Of a DNA stretch of 64,000 nt, positions 1 to 11,573 are shown one piece after another. This DNA comes from Paraglomus brasilianum (taxonomy: Eukaryota), in NCBI GenBank assembly GCA_910592345.1, contig CAJVPI010000044.1, positions 1 through 64,000 of the forward strand. Direction: 5' to 3'. The stretch's first letter is position 1. Each line of letters begins with the position of its first letter. A program made the position numbers and the translations under genes. The notes under the pieces are model-generated. The model worked only from the letters and a program-made list of their open reading frames with translations, had not been told where the DNA came from and made no database searches.

Positions 1-690
1 AGAGAAAATTGGTAGATGAGCATTTTATAACAAGAGGTAAAGCTGATTATTGTAGTGTTGACGCTACTGCTCATTACAGTTACGATTGAGCGCAAAACGT
101 TCACGTACCCCATTCCGATCAACAGGTAAGTAAGATTTATTATCTCAGTCTACGTAAAGTGCATTTATTTGGTATACAGTGCGCGAACAAATTAATTACG
201 TTCTCGATGAGGACAAAATTATAGGAAAAGGTCCTAATGTACACTGAACATGGTATTCGACGGAATAAAGAAATTGAATAAAGGCGAAAAACATTTAAAA
301 ATAATGCGGGTGGTTCGATTAAAAATAATGTTAATTTGCGGTTATTATAAAAGTATCGAATTAAATTTTATGATACCTAGGCATACTAAATTTAAGTGTG
401 ATGGTAGTTTTGGATTGATTAAGAAACTATATCGCAAAACGACTGTAGATTGTGTGAATCATATTGTTGAGGTTTGAAAAGATCGAGCACAGCGGGATTA
501 AACAAAGCTCAGTGCTATAAAAACGGCAAAGGCTTTTAATATTTAGATCTTAATTCTGTGTTGGGGATTTTCTTTAAAAAATTAAATGGTTTGCAAAATA
601 TCAGCATTTTTATTTGAGGCAGCTCATCCAGGAGTTGTCAAAGCTCAAATGGTTGCTAATGGTATTTTTACTGAGTTTAAATTTACCTCT
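1..690 (+). pseudogene. Degraded DDD-type transposase relic (DUF7869/Sola-like), truncated at the window edge
   Basis: Frameshifted fragments YD*AQNVHVPHSDQQV..IYYLSLRKVHLFGIQ, NYVLDEDKIIGKGPN and SIELNFMIPRHTKFKCDGSFGLIKKLYR resemble this family; multiple stops. Confidence 0.5.
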
Positions 691-693
691 ATA

Positions 694-1407
694 CAGTCCA
701 ATTCGCTTATAGTCCCTATCACAGGACACAGCAGAACCGATAAATAGTAGATATAATATATGAAAAATTACCTCCTTACAGTCACATCACGTAATGAAAA
801 TAAAAAACTAAAATGATTGGAGAACGCGCATTCTTTACACAGAATTAAAATGTCTATTACTATAGCCTCTCCAACCAAGAAAAGAAAGAGAACTCAAATC
901 ACTAATGCTTTATGGTATGAGATTTGCATTTACTTAAACGATAATATAACACGGCCACAAGTACTGACATTGCATCTTATTTCAACAATAAGTATAGTAT
1001 TAATTATAATATAGATCGGTCTACAGTAAGCAAGATCTTGTCCACGAAGCATTGTTCCATCTCATGAAACTCATTAGATTTCAAGAACAGCTTTCCGAGA
1101 CGTTGTTTAGACCAGATGAGTTAAAATTCTCCATTGCAAAATGCCAATACTTGAACTATTAGTGGATAAGTCTAAAGTTCAGTCAACACTCGACTCTTTT
1201 GTTAGAAAATAAGTTAATCTCTTTATGCATATCACTGTCAACATGTATGTTTTTATTATCTTATTAACAGGTTGTTGATTTGCTTTTTTTTTTATGACTT
1301 AAACTGAATAAAAAAATTTTCGAAGTCAGAGTTTACAAGAATGCTACCCTCCTTACAGTCACAGGTTTCAGGAGAACCAACAATGCGACTGTAGAGGGGG
1401 ACGACTG
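694..1407 (+). mobile_element. Deleted pogo/Tigger element with CENP-B-type HTH remnant
   Basis: TA-CAGTC...GACTG-TA ends with diverged TIRs; internal KKRKRTQITNALWYEIC...DIASYFN...IDRSTVSKIL remnant; CCTCCTTACAGTCACA present twice. Confidence 0.65.
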
Positions 1408-2088
1408 TATATCCTGTTCAGATTTAGAAAGGGCTTGAAAGTCCAGCAAATTCTACTTTGGAACTATTACTATGGTAGAGGACAACCTACTGCCAACAAA
1501 CATATAGCTTTTCATATTTGATAAAACTATATTCATATTTTTATGTGTATTTAGAAAAAGGTCTTATTTTTTCTAATAAAGCAGAATCTGTCTGAAACAG
1601 TAGTCTTTTGCAAGCTTCATTAAATTAATTGATAAAATCATAGCAAACAGAGTCAACTTATTTCAATTCAATTCAATAATTTTTATTTCTGTGAACTTAT
1701 ATCAAGTAAAATGTTCACGAATTTTTATTACAAAAAGTATCGCGGTAAGACTTTGTTGCCAGCTACGGATGTACCGCTAACATATTATTTACTTTATTTA
1801 TTACCCAAAAAGAAGTCGACGATAGCGCAGAATTATGTGGCACAAACAAACGATGGGATGGACTAATCATAGGCAAGGAAAAACTGAATTGGAATTATCG
1901 GTGGGCAGATGGCAGGAGTAAAAATAATCAGTGATAAGTACAACTTACACGGATCAAAACCCGATCCATTTATTTGAATGATTCTTATGTTCGGACAGAA
2001 ATTAGAAACAGATAACGGTATCATCAGACTAGATACATGTATCGAAGTGACGAATCAAACTGAATTTACAGCATATTATAAGGAATCT

Positions 2089-3950
2089 TTAAATCAATTT
2101 TTTCACTCGACCACACCAACTTCGCTTCCGATTATAGACTGTACCGCCTTGATTTTTATATTTCTGCCATTTAAAAGCATCAAACTTATCCTCTGGAACA
2201 ACAAATAACAAGATAATTTCTTCCACTGGCGATCCATATAAAGCATCCAGTCCATCAACAACAATTTCAAGACCTGCCCATTTTATACCATGGTTGAGTG
2301 AAACGGTAATCTGCACAGCATAGTTAGGGGCGATTATTGCATCAACTGATGCAAAGTTTTTCACAATGGGTCTGGAGTAGTATCCATTTGCAATTTCACG
2401 AATATTATGTATTCATTTAAGTTGTGACACAGGCATTTCTAAATCAAACAATCTGATAGAGTCCTCATTATCCCTGTTCAGTATTTTGGCTTTAAACTTT
2501 CCTCCTTTCAATAGAGTGTTATGCACCATGTTCTCAAAGATCGTCCCTCGAAGAGATGAGAAGGAAGACTCACCTTCTGATGCTTTTATAAATTCACGAA
2601 TATAGTCCTTCTTGGATAGAAACAAAAGATTCATTACTTCAGTTTCAATGTATTTTGATCCAAATTGAAGATATGGCTGCAGATAATCCCATGTATTGAT
2701 GTGAATAAGTATATGGCTAATATGACTGGCATCTACTCCTATAGCACCGACCAAACTTTTCAAATAATCTAGATTGCAACGGCTGAGGGCAATATTGAGA
2801 TCCACGTCTGCAAGCGCCACTTGCAACACACGCCGTGGTATCGCGCCCCAACGTTCCACTCGCTTCCACATATTCTCTAAAGCCATGTTCTGGTCATCTG
2901 TTGGTTGCATATAACAAGTGAGAAACGCTTTCTCCAATTCATCAGCTGTCCAGAGAGGCATAAACAGGAACGCGGCGCGCTCTTTGACAAATTCACCATA
3001 GAATTCACGGTTTGGAGATGTTATCAAAATTGTTTTCACATTAAGAAAGCCGATAATTTTCACCGGTTTGTGCGCGTCGACAATATACCAGACTTCCTGT
3101 CGGTCTTTCAACAAGAAAAGAACTCGTTCAAAAGAAAATTCATTGATCATGTAGGAATCACTGTCTAGTACCATTTTAACGTCACTACGAGAAGGGTGAT
3201 AAATGACAGGAATGTGATGATTGGCAGCATAATGAAGTAGGAAAAAGCCAAATAATGACTTCCCAATTCCAGGTGTTCCGCAGATGGTAAATTTCGTAAG
3301 ATCATTGGCAGCTCGCAATATGCTAGAATCCGTAACTGGAAGCGGCGGGTTACCTTCCACGTTATTCTCGGTTTTATTCGCATCCATGGCACCATTGTAG
3401 ATACTTGCCGACTCTTGTACATTTTGCAATAGCGGAGCCAAAGACGAAGGTTTCAGTATGAACTGGAGTAAGTCACAGTAGCATTCTCGAACATACAATG
3501 TAGAGCCAATGTCCTTATCCCCGCCAATGTACACACCAGAGGGCATTTTTAGTAAATAATCGTCTATTTCTATGCTCGTCAATGCGTTCCAAAAAGCTTT
3601 AAATAATGGTACAATTTCGAGGCGTTGAGAAAGATCTATGGATTTGAGATAAATATTGTAAATGTTATAGACAGAGTTGAGAGAAAAAGCAGAATTAGAA
3701 CAAACCAAAAAAGCAATACACCACACATCCAAACCACCTTACTCTATATCCCCAACGCCCGAGTCACAAAGTCGTTACCTTGGATTGGCAAGAGTGTTTT
3801 GAGTGCAGCGGCAATCTCCTTGTCTCCTCCTTCGAAATACTCTAAGCGTTCATTCAACGGCTTGTTCAAAAGAAGACCCTTTATTCTGCCGCGTTCCTCT
3901 TCGTCGGGGAAAAGAGTAGTTAGTTTAGTTTTGGCTTGCTCCCAGGTCAT
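2089..3950 (-). pseudogene. Crinkler (CRN)-family protein: header + P-loop NTPase + REase-like C-terminus, interrupted by an in-frame TGA
   Basis: Exon 1 3950-3779; GT-AG intron 3778-3636 joins PIQ-D-LSQRL in frame. Walker A GTPGIGKS, WYIVD, MPLWTADEL, WGAIPRRVL, RGTIFE. TGA at 2415-2413, then the same frame continues RPIVKNFASVDAII...VQITVSLNHGIK. Confidence 0.85.
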
Positions 3951-4020
3951 TTTTGTTAAAAGGTTGAAGAAAGATTTGGCTACGCGCGATGTGATTTCAT
4001 ATGAACGCCTTAATCAATGA

Positions 4021-5304
4021 CGTATTAGGGAATTTTCTAGACCTTTTCACAATGTAACTATTGTTTCCTGTATTAGTGACCAATGATAATCAATGCGCAG
4101 AAATTCGCGTTTGTCTAATTGGATTGGATAGCTTACTCCAATTGCCCCAATTGCCTTACACTAAAATTATACTAATACGATATTTTGTACTGTAAGTTGG
4201 AACAACCTTTCGTATGTAACATCAAACAACTTATGGGAATTATTTCCTATACATATAAATCAGACGTTTAAATCCTATAAACACAAATTAATTCTATGTA
4301 TTGTCCCTGCCGTAAATTCCAATTTTTAACATCCTGTATTTTTTTTTTCACCAACAATATCTCTCAATGATTGTTCAACCTGCTCGAGGATGTACCTCGG
4401 CACACCACCCGCTTTGTGGAAAAGTTTTTTAATTATATCTACCGGTGCAATCAGAAAAACATGTTTTTGACAGGCAATCAATTCCTCTAAATTCCATGGC
4501 TCCATATATAATTTCACAATAAAATGCTTATCAAAGTTTTTAAAATGAATTGTTCTGGTTCCATTTAGTGATAAGGCAACTACTGTTTTCGCCTGGACTA
4601 TCCTGGGAGAGATGAGACCATCTGCTAGGTACCATGTTTCAGGACTATCAAGCTCACACAAGAATTCATCATATGTTCCACAGCTCAGTTCTGAATTCTT
4701 GAAGCAATACAAGAATTCACTTCTGAGAGCTCTAGCCACAAAGTTAATGGCATTAAGAATTGTCAATGGAGGTAATTGTTGAGGCAATATATATGTTTCC
4801 ATGGTAAATTCCATACGAGTATGTAATGCATCATATTCTTCAATTTGATTCTCACATAGTAGTAACCTGTAACATGCCTATTGAAAAAAGAGGTTAAGAA
4901 CATGTGTTAAAGAAAAAACAATGAGATAACAATGAGAAATCACTCACTTTTTTAAGCTGTATATAATGCCCTAATTTCTTCGCTTTATTTTGTAAAACAT
5001 TACCATTAAAAGTGATTCCATCTTGAATTGCCATGAAGCTACAGCTTCTTCAATTTGAGGAAAATAACTCTTGCATTCTCGTTTCGAATTCTTCTGAAGT
5101 GAGTCATCCTCAAGTGCCAACCACCTGTCTTTTGCTTTCTAACAGTAGACTCCCCAATCCGTAGTCGTTTCTTCGGTTTCCGCGTTCTCATGTTATTATT
5201 ATTATTCACGTAAGTAGCTGTTCAAGTTGACGGGCTTACTTTTTGTGATGGGCTGGCAATGCTTGCATACATTGTGAAAAGGTCTAGAAAGTTCCAATAA
5301 TACG
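4021..5304 (-). mobile_element. Non-autonomous pogo/Tigger-derived element carrying a Crinkler NTPase fragment
   Basis: ~37-bp inverted repeats at 4020-4056 and 5268-5305, inner 23 bp identical. CENP-B HTH remnant (FPQIEEAVASW) and DDE_1-tail remnant (LTILNAINFVARA), followed by CRN sequence (WYLADG, YMEPWNLEEL, AGGVPRYIL). Confidence 0.75.
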
Positions 5305-5419
5305 TAGAAATATATTCTAAAAAGAAATGTGCAATGCCTATAATAATAATGGATTGGTTCAGTCTCTATTCCGAATTATTACTTGGAAAACTTTTTATTC
5401 AAAACTATGTCGTTAGACT

Positions 5420-6092
5420 GTTAATGAACTTGAAATATTCTCAGAATATTTACGCACTCAAGTACATTCTCAAACAGCCAGCATCATCAAGTCTTTGTCA
5501 AAGAATGTGAGAGTTTGTTTCAAGGTCCCGATTGCATCCAGTTCCGTGATTCTCTGTTGTAGTCCGCACTGCGTTGATCATATCATTCTTCATTCCTTAG
5601 AACGAATTTATCTTGGGACACTATGGATGAGTCGGAGACTCGAAGCTCTGCTTCTTCCTTGGATAACTTGCGTAATAAACATAGACGAGTGGGAAAAGCT
5701 TCTTGTATTGCAAAAGACGAGAAACCGCAAAAATTATCTACATTCGTCTTATTGGTCGATTGGCAATTGTAAGTATTGTTCGTGAATTTTTTGACGTAGA
5801 TCTTTGTCTTTATTATCGTTATTTGAAGTGACACTGATATAGAGAGCAAGCGTATGATGCTTTTACACAACGATGTGGAAGCTTTAGATCTTTATTGATG
5901 GTAGATTGAAAGATTGAGATCGATTATTCTGATTAGTTAATTAATGAAATCTTCGTTCATCGTTATATAGCATTATAGATATAAATCTTCGTTAATCTGA
6001 AATTATTCTGTTGAGTGAACTGGTTCCAGAAAAATACTTCGTTATAAGCAATCTTCGTTAAAGTGAAAGTTCGTTAAAAGTGAATTTCACTG
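5420..6092 (-). mobile_element. Degraded pogo/Tigger-like relic
   Basis: Minus-strand end CAGTGAAATTCACTTTTAACGAA with repeated TAACGAA subterminal motifs; stop-riddled coding remnant. Confidence 0.4.
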
Positions 6093-6385
6093 TGCATTAG
6101 TTCGATGGAACAACTATCGTTCGTTGAGAAAGGTCATAATGTATAAGCGTTCGTACGAAGTTTATGTCCGCTAATGTGTTAATATAATTACTTGTATCAA
6201 AACTGGGTCTTTCCGTCGGCTTGTGACATAGAACATTTAATAACTTATTAACCAAAGTAAAGGCTAAGTGCCAATGTGTTAAGTGAAAGAGAGATATACT
6301 GCAACGTAAATACAGCAATTCCATAACAACGTTCACAAAATTCTGACCAGTTTTATTTCGATTATAGACAAATAATAAATATATT

Positions 6386-8769
6386 TCAAGCTCTGTCTAA
6401 CCTCCGAGAGCTCGACCATTCAAACAGACGCTGAAGAAAAACAAGCATTCTAACATACAAATACATCAACCAGTTTCTACGCTTGCCTACCACCTCGACG
6501 TCTCTGTCAAAATACAACGATGCAAGCTCTTCTACGAACTCGCCATCATACCTTGGATTAACGCGTAATTGATTCAGATGGTTAGAGTACAAATAGGTAG
6601 CCAAATCATTCTCACGCGCCGACAACGAGAGTGTTGAACGAAGTGTATTAAACAAATCTGCATTCAATGTATTGAAATATCTGTTGATAAAAATCACAAA
6701 AATGAGTGGTGGCGGATAATTTAATTTTCATCATGATAATTAAAAATCTTCAAGCACGAATTACCTTATGATGTCGACCTCAATTTGTTGACGCTCTCCA
6801 TTTTCATTAATAGTGAAACTATCCACATTTTCTGATTCGCTGTCATCAAGCCTTATATAACCATCTCGCTCATCTCCAATCCATCCACAAAGTATCTTAC
6901 TCAACAAAGTGAACAGCCCACTCTCACCCTCATCGTCCTCAATCAATGGATCATAACGTGTAAGCAATCTTGATAGCAAGTGGTATCGACAAATGTCGGT
7001 AGTATTGATTCGTGTAGAGACAGTCTTGGAAGGAGAAGAATTCGCGGATAACGATACGCTCGGTTGTCGAGTGGGATCGAAATTGACCATTATATCATAG
7101 AGACCGGTCTTGTGTTGGAATATACGGTCGGTCGTGCCTTGATTAACAAGATGAGTGGGTTAGAAATGACCAAGAGAAAGAGACGAGAGTGGAGGTAGAG
7201 CCAGCTACTTACATGCAACATAACCACCCTCGAACGACTCGAGCATCGGAATATCGCTGACACCAATATTGAATAATGGTTTGGTTTTTGCAGGGCGTTT
7301 CGGTAACAATCGGTTTACGTTTGAAGGGATATTACCAACGAGACAAGTACAATATACTTAACCCGACGGGGGGAAAAAAGACAAAGACATTGGTCTCGGT
7401 ACAACTAGTCAATTCACAAGCTGACTGACTCCCGTCATAAATCCTTACCGGCATAACACGCTTCTTCAACAGGAGGCTTTGTGAAGAAAAGAATCCGTTT
7501 TCCTAATAACACTGCTTTCCATAATAAGAATATCGTAGGTCCGCAACGGCGAACAAAGTCTGCAAAAACACGCACTGGATGCGAAGCCTACATTAATGTA
7601 TTAAAGAACTTTAGTTTCTACCACATGCTTTCTAACTATTGATTAAATACTTATATTCACAATGTATAGCTATTTCTTTTACCATAAGTTTGATATCAGC
7701 ATTACGTATAGGCTCGGCAAGGGCGGTAGTATCCGATCCATTAAGACGATTTCTTAATTCGAAATTCCCTCGAGTTCCCTCTTCCGCGATCACTCGACGC
7801 GTAGGTTCTTCGGAATCACTGTTCTCCTCTCGCTCATAATCGCTCAACGGCACCCCCCATTTTGAGTAAAAATGCATTAAGCTCGAGTAATCACCCGACT
7901 GTTTGACGCGCTTTCTAATATCAATTATAAAAAACCCCCCACAAAATTACGTCTTAACATCTCGTGGATTTCGGCCCAATTTCTCAATATTGGTGTAATC
8001 AAGTAGGCTTACCCGACTTCACTTTTTAGAAAATCAAGATGCCTCCATGGCTGTCCACATTGACCAGTCTCTGGTGTTGCAGAAACAACGATACCAACAG
8101 AGGCCATTCGTGCACCTCTGTCTATCGATTGGTCGAATAATGGAAGGTTTTTAAACGCTGCGAGGCCATTGTAATGGGGTCTCGCAAAATATCTACGAGT
8201 CATACAAGGAATAAGTATCTTTTCATAATGAACAAAGTCTTTCTTATAAATTCTATTTACATTACGTCCTGACTGATAGTGTGTAAGCCACTAGGCATGG
8301 CTTGAAATTCAACTCCTCGCAAGTCGAGCTCTATACAAAAATTGAATCCAATTCAGTCATGTCCGCGCAATTCCGCTAAAAATTTGTCTACCCTCATATT
8401 TTCCCGTACCAGCAACATTCTTCAATATTTTGGTCCGCGTGCGCACTTGCCTTCAGGAAATTGCCACTCTATAATATTTCCTTGTCTGACATCAAATCTC
8501 ACAACAAATATTCCAACGACATTCTTGACAGATTCCTGGTCGCCAGATCCAGCCAGCGCAGAGGAGAATATATCATTACGTCTTGTTGTGTTTGTTTCCA
8601 CTAGCGGGCTGTCCTTGGTACTATTCGGGAATTAGTGTTTAAAGAGCGGTCTTACATAAGTGTCTGAAATGTCTGTTTTATCGAAAACAGTTTTATATCT
8701 GAACGAAACGACATACAAGCTAGCTGTGGTAGTGGCGCCGAGAAAAATGTCTTCCTCGTCGAGGACCAT
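6386..8769 (-). CDS. DENND11/LCHN (DUF2347-type) DENN-domain protein, multi-exon
   Basis: Spliced MVLDEEDIF...VVRFDVRQGNIIEWQFPE-ELDLRGVEFQAMPSGLH...IYF...RGARMASVGIVV matches LCHN motifs; one GC-AG intron 8450-8331. Confidence 0.85.
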
Positions 8770-9077
8770 GGTGTCTCTGGCGAAAGTATGTTTAAAAGGT
8801 CAAAAGGTTTGCAGCGCCAGTTTTTTTCAGAGGGGGTGACACCATATGTTTTATGGCATGACGACGAATTAAGCAAATAAATGCCTAATGTCCTCGAACT
8901 ACACAGAAAGATTTATTAATTAAAATAAATTTCTATAAAAAGTATTGAGCAACCAAACAGTAAGATTGCTCTTTAAGTAAACATGGTAATCTTTATCCGC
9001 TACAAGACAATTAAAATACGAAAGATGAAACCCGCTTTACATAATTGATCGGTTCTCATTCTATCACTTCATAGTTG

Positions 9078-10670
9078 TTAGCACAACCCTCCATCATTGT
9101 CTTCTATGTAACTACTTCCATCTCCTGCCTTCTCAACGGTTGATCCAACGGGGAAACCCTGCCCGTTAGGGGATCGATCGTCAGAGCTGAATAACGGCGA
9201 TCCTTCCTTGTCAGAGGTATAATATGACGACAAATAATCCTCTCCATCATTGCTTTTCTCATTCGGATAACCATTACTCGGATTATCATATTTCGGTGTT
9301 GGTGGCTGAATTGGTTTTGTTGTGGGTAATGGATTTGATTTCTTTACCCCACCAGGCACCACCAAACTTCTTGCGAGTTTTGCAATTTCATTATCTAGAT
9401 AGCTTACGGTACGTATTTTCACCGTCTCTTCTAGTAAATCCTGATCACCTTGTTCGAACGCTGTAACGAGCGATCGCGCAATAGCTGCTTCTTCGGATTG
9501 AGCAAAATCATAGCTGGATTTAATGAATTAGTTAGTGTTATCGATGATTGTACTGGAAGTAACGGCAAAACGTAAAAAGAAATAATCAATTTTTTACTTT
9601 GAAAATCTCTGCAACCGTTTCTTTGCTTCTACATCGTCATTCATTGCCAGCAAGACGATAACAATACTCAAATACGTTCGAAATAGATGCGAAGGATATT
9701 TCATTCCCATTGCTACAGTACTCAGTCGCTGCAACATACTATCGGCTTGATTATATCTAATAAAAGCGATATCTCTTTAGCTGTATTCTACGATCGAGGA
9801 TATTATCATATTGTAAATTGCAAACCTCTTATTCCTGACCATAACGGCTATTGTCTTTTTAAAAGTGTCGATTGCAAATTGTCCTCGATCTTCCGTTTCG
9901 TACAAAGTGCATGCGTCAGAATATATTTTAATGGCTTCGTCAACATTAATTGGTTCCAGAACTCTGTAGACAACCGAACGATAATTAGTCCTAATTTCAG
10001 ATAATGATAAAAAAGGAGGAAGAGGAAAAAAGAAAAGAAACTCGGGACAAACCTTCCTCCTTTTTCTAGCATTTCTGCTGCTCGATCTGGGGTCATATGC
10101 GCTTGATAAAGATCGCTAGCTTTTCGGTATAGGTCGGCTGCTCGTTCTGGTTGTTTAAGTTGTATTGCGGCTAAATTTGCTGCTGATTCCATATTTTTGG
10201 CAGCCATGAATACTCTACAAAATACGTTAACATGTAAATGATTGCAAATGTATATAAATAACATTATGGAAAACGGCATAGGTAAGGTGACATACGAGTC
10301 TGACTTGAACATCGCATCTGAAGCTTTCAAGTACGCTTGGATTGCTTGTTCATGAGCACAAGCTCCCTTGAAACAATTAGCTAAATGTTACAAGATCACC
10401 GGTATTAGATGCTTGCATTCAAGAAGAGAACATTTCCAACACTTCGAACAATGCCGTACCAGCCCTTTCATAATGTGATCCAGCAACATCCCATTCAGGC
10501 TTCTTGAAGAACCCTTTCTGAATCCTTTATTATCGATCGATTACATCATCAACCAATAGCCCATTATCATTCGGCTTAAACCAAAACCAAAAATCCTAAT
10601 ATCAATTTACATACGCTTTATCGCCATCGGCCAGAAGCCGTATGGCTTCTTGAATCTTATTGTTGTCCAT
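9078..10670 (-). CDS. NAPG: Gamma-soluble NSF attachment protein (gamma-SNAP), multi-exon
   Basis: MDNNKIQEAIRLLADGDKA...KKPEWDVAGSHYERA, FMAAKNMESAA, TPDRAAEMLEKGG, YLDNEIAKLARSL; acidic C-terminus ending GGLC as in animal gamma-SNAP. Confidence 0.88.
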
Positions 10671-11250
10671 TATATTGTCTAACAATTAGAAAGAGTCCGT
10701 GAAGAGTTCATATTTATACTTGAATGCCGACAGTGGACACACACAGAGGGGTTGTTACACGATGCCGTGTGAAAAAAGACTAATCACGCTGAGAGTGATT
10801 GGTCAGTAAAGACTAATCCATGGATATGATAAGCATTTTAGAGACAGATCATTGTTATGTTAAACGCGAGAATGACAATATTACGAATAAGTTTAGGTTT
10901 GTTTACAAGTTTCGGGAGTATGCACAGAATATGTCGAGCAATTTTACGTTTAATGATCTTGGAATCTGAGATCGCAATAAATATAGCCAAAAACTAGGAT
11001 ACAGGAAACCCATTATTATTTTTCATATCAATCACCACGAAGTCTGATCGAGCAGATCTACTATTCTTGATCAACGCTCGATTTATTTAAAACTAGCAAG
11101 TTCTGGACTTGGCGATCAACTCGTTTACTCTCATACACCATCAACACACTTAATCCCCCTTTCTGCCGTCAAATTCTTCTCTGTGTAGAATTAATTTACC
11201 AATGAATTATCCGACACCTTTCCATTTATATTCAAACACGCCCGCATCAA

Positions 11251-11573
11251 TCATCGGGTCCCCTCTGGCTTTTGTGTTAATAACAGACCAAATCGTTTCT
11301 TCAAAGTAATACGATGGCGGGAGTATTTATCATCAGGCGAAAATCGAGCAGGATGTGCTGACTTGGTAGCCGTCTGCTTTGGACTCAGTTTCTACGTGAA
11401 GGTTTCGGGAAAATGAAAATTATGCGTACTTCCGTGTAAGTCCCGCCGATCTTATTTTCGCCAAGTTTAAGCTTGGCTATGGGTAAGCATGCCGTGAGTA
11501 CTTTTGTGTAGGTACTTGCCTTTAGCGTGTAAACCCGTTTGCCGTCTTCGTCGAGATGGTACATCAAATGCAT
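11251..11573 (-). CDS. NOP10: H/ACA snoRNP subunit Nop10 (64 aa, 2 exons)
   Basis: [18 protein letters not shown] | [41 protein letters not shown] intron 11519-11392. Confidence 0.96.

Noticed and set aside
2413..2415. Selenocysteine recoding of the CRN TGA
   Set aside because: Not a redox or Cys-type position, no SECIS recognised, and CRNs are not known selenoproteins
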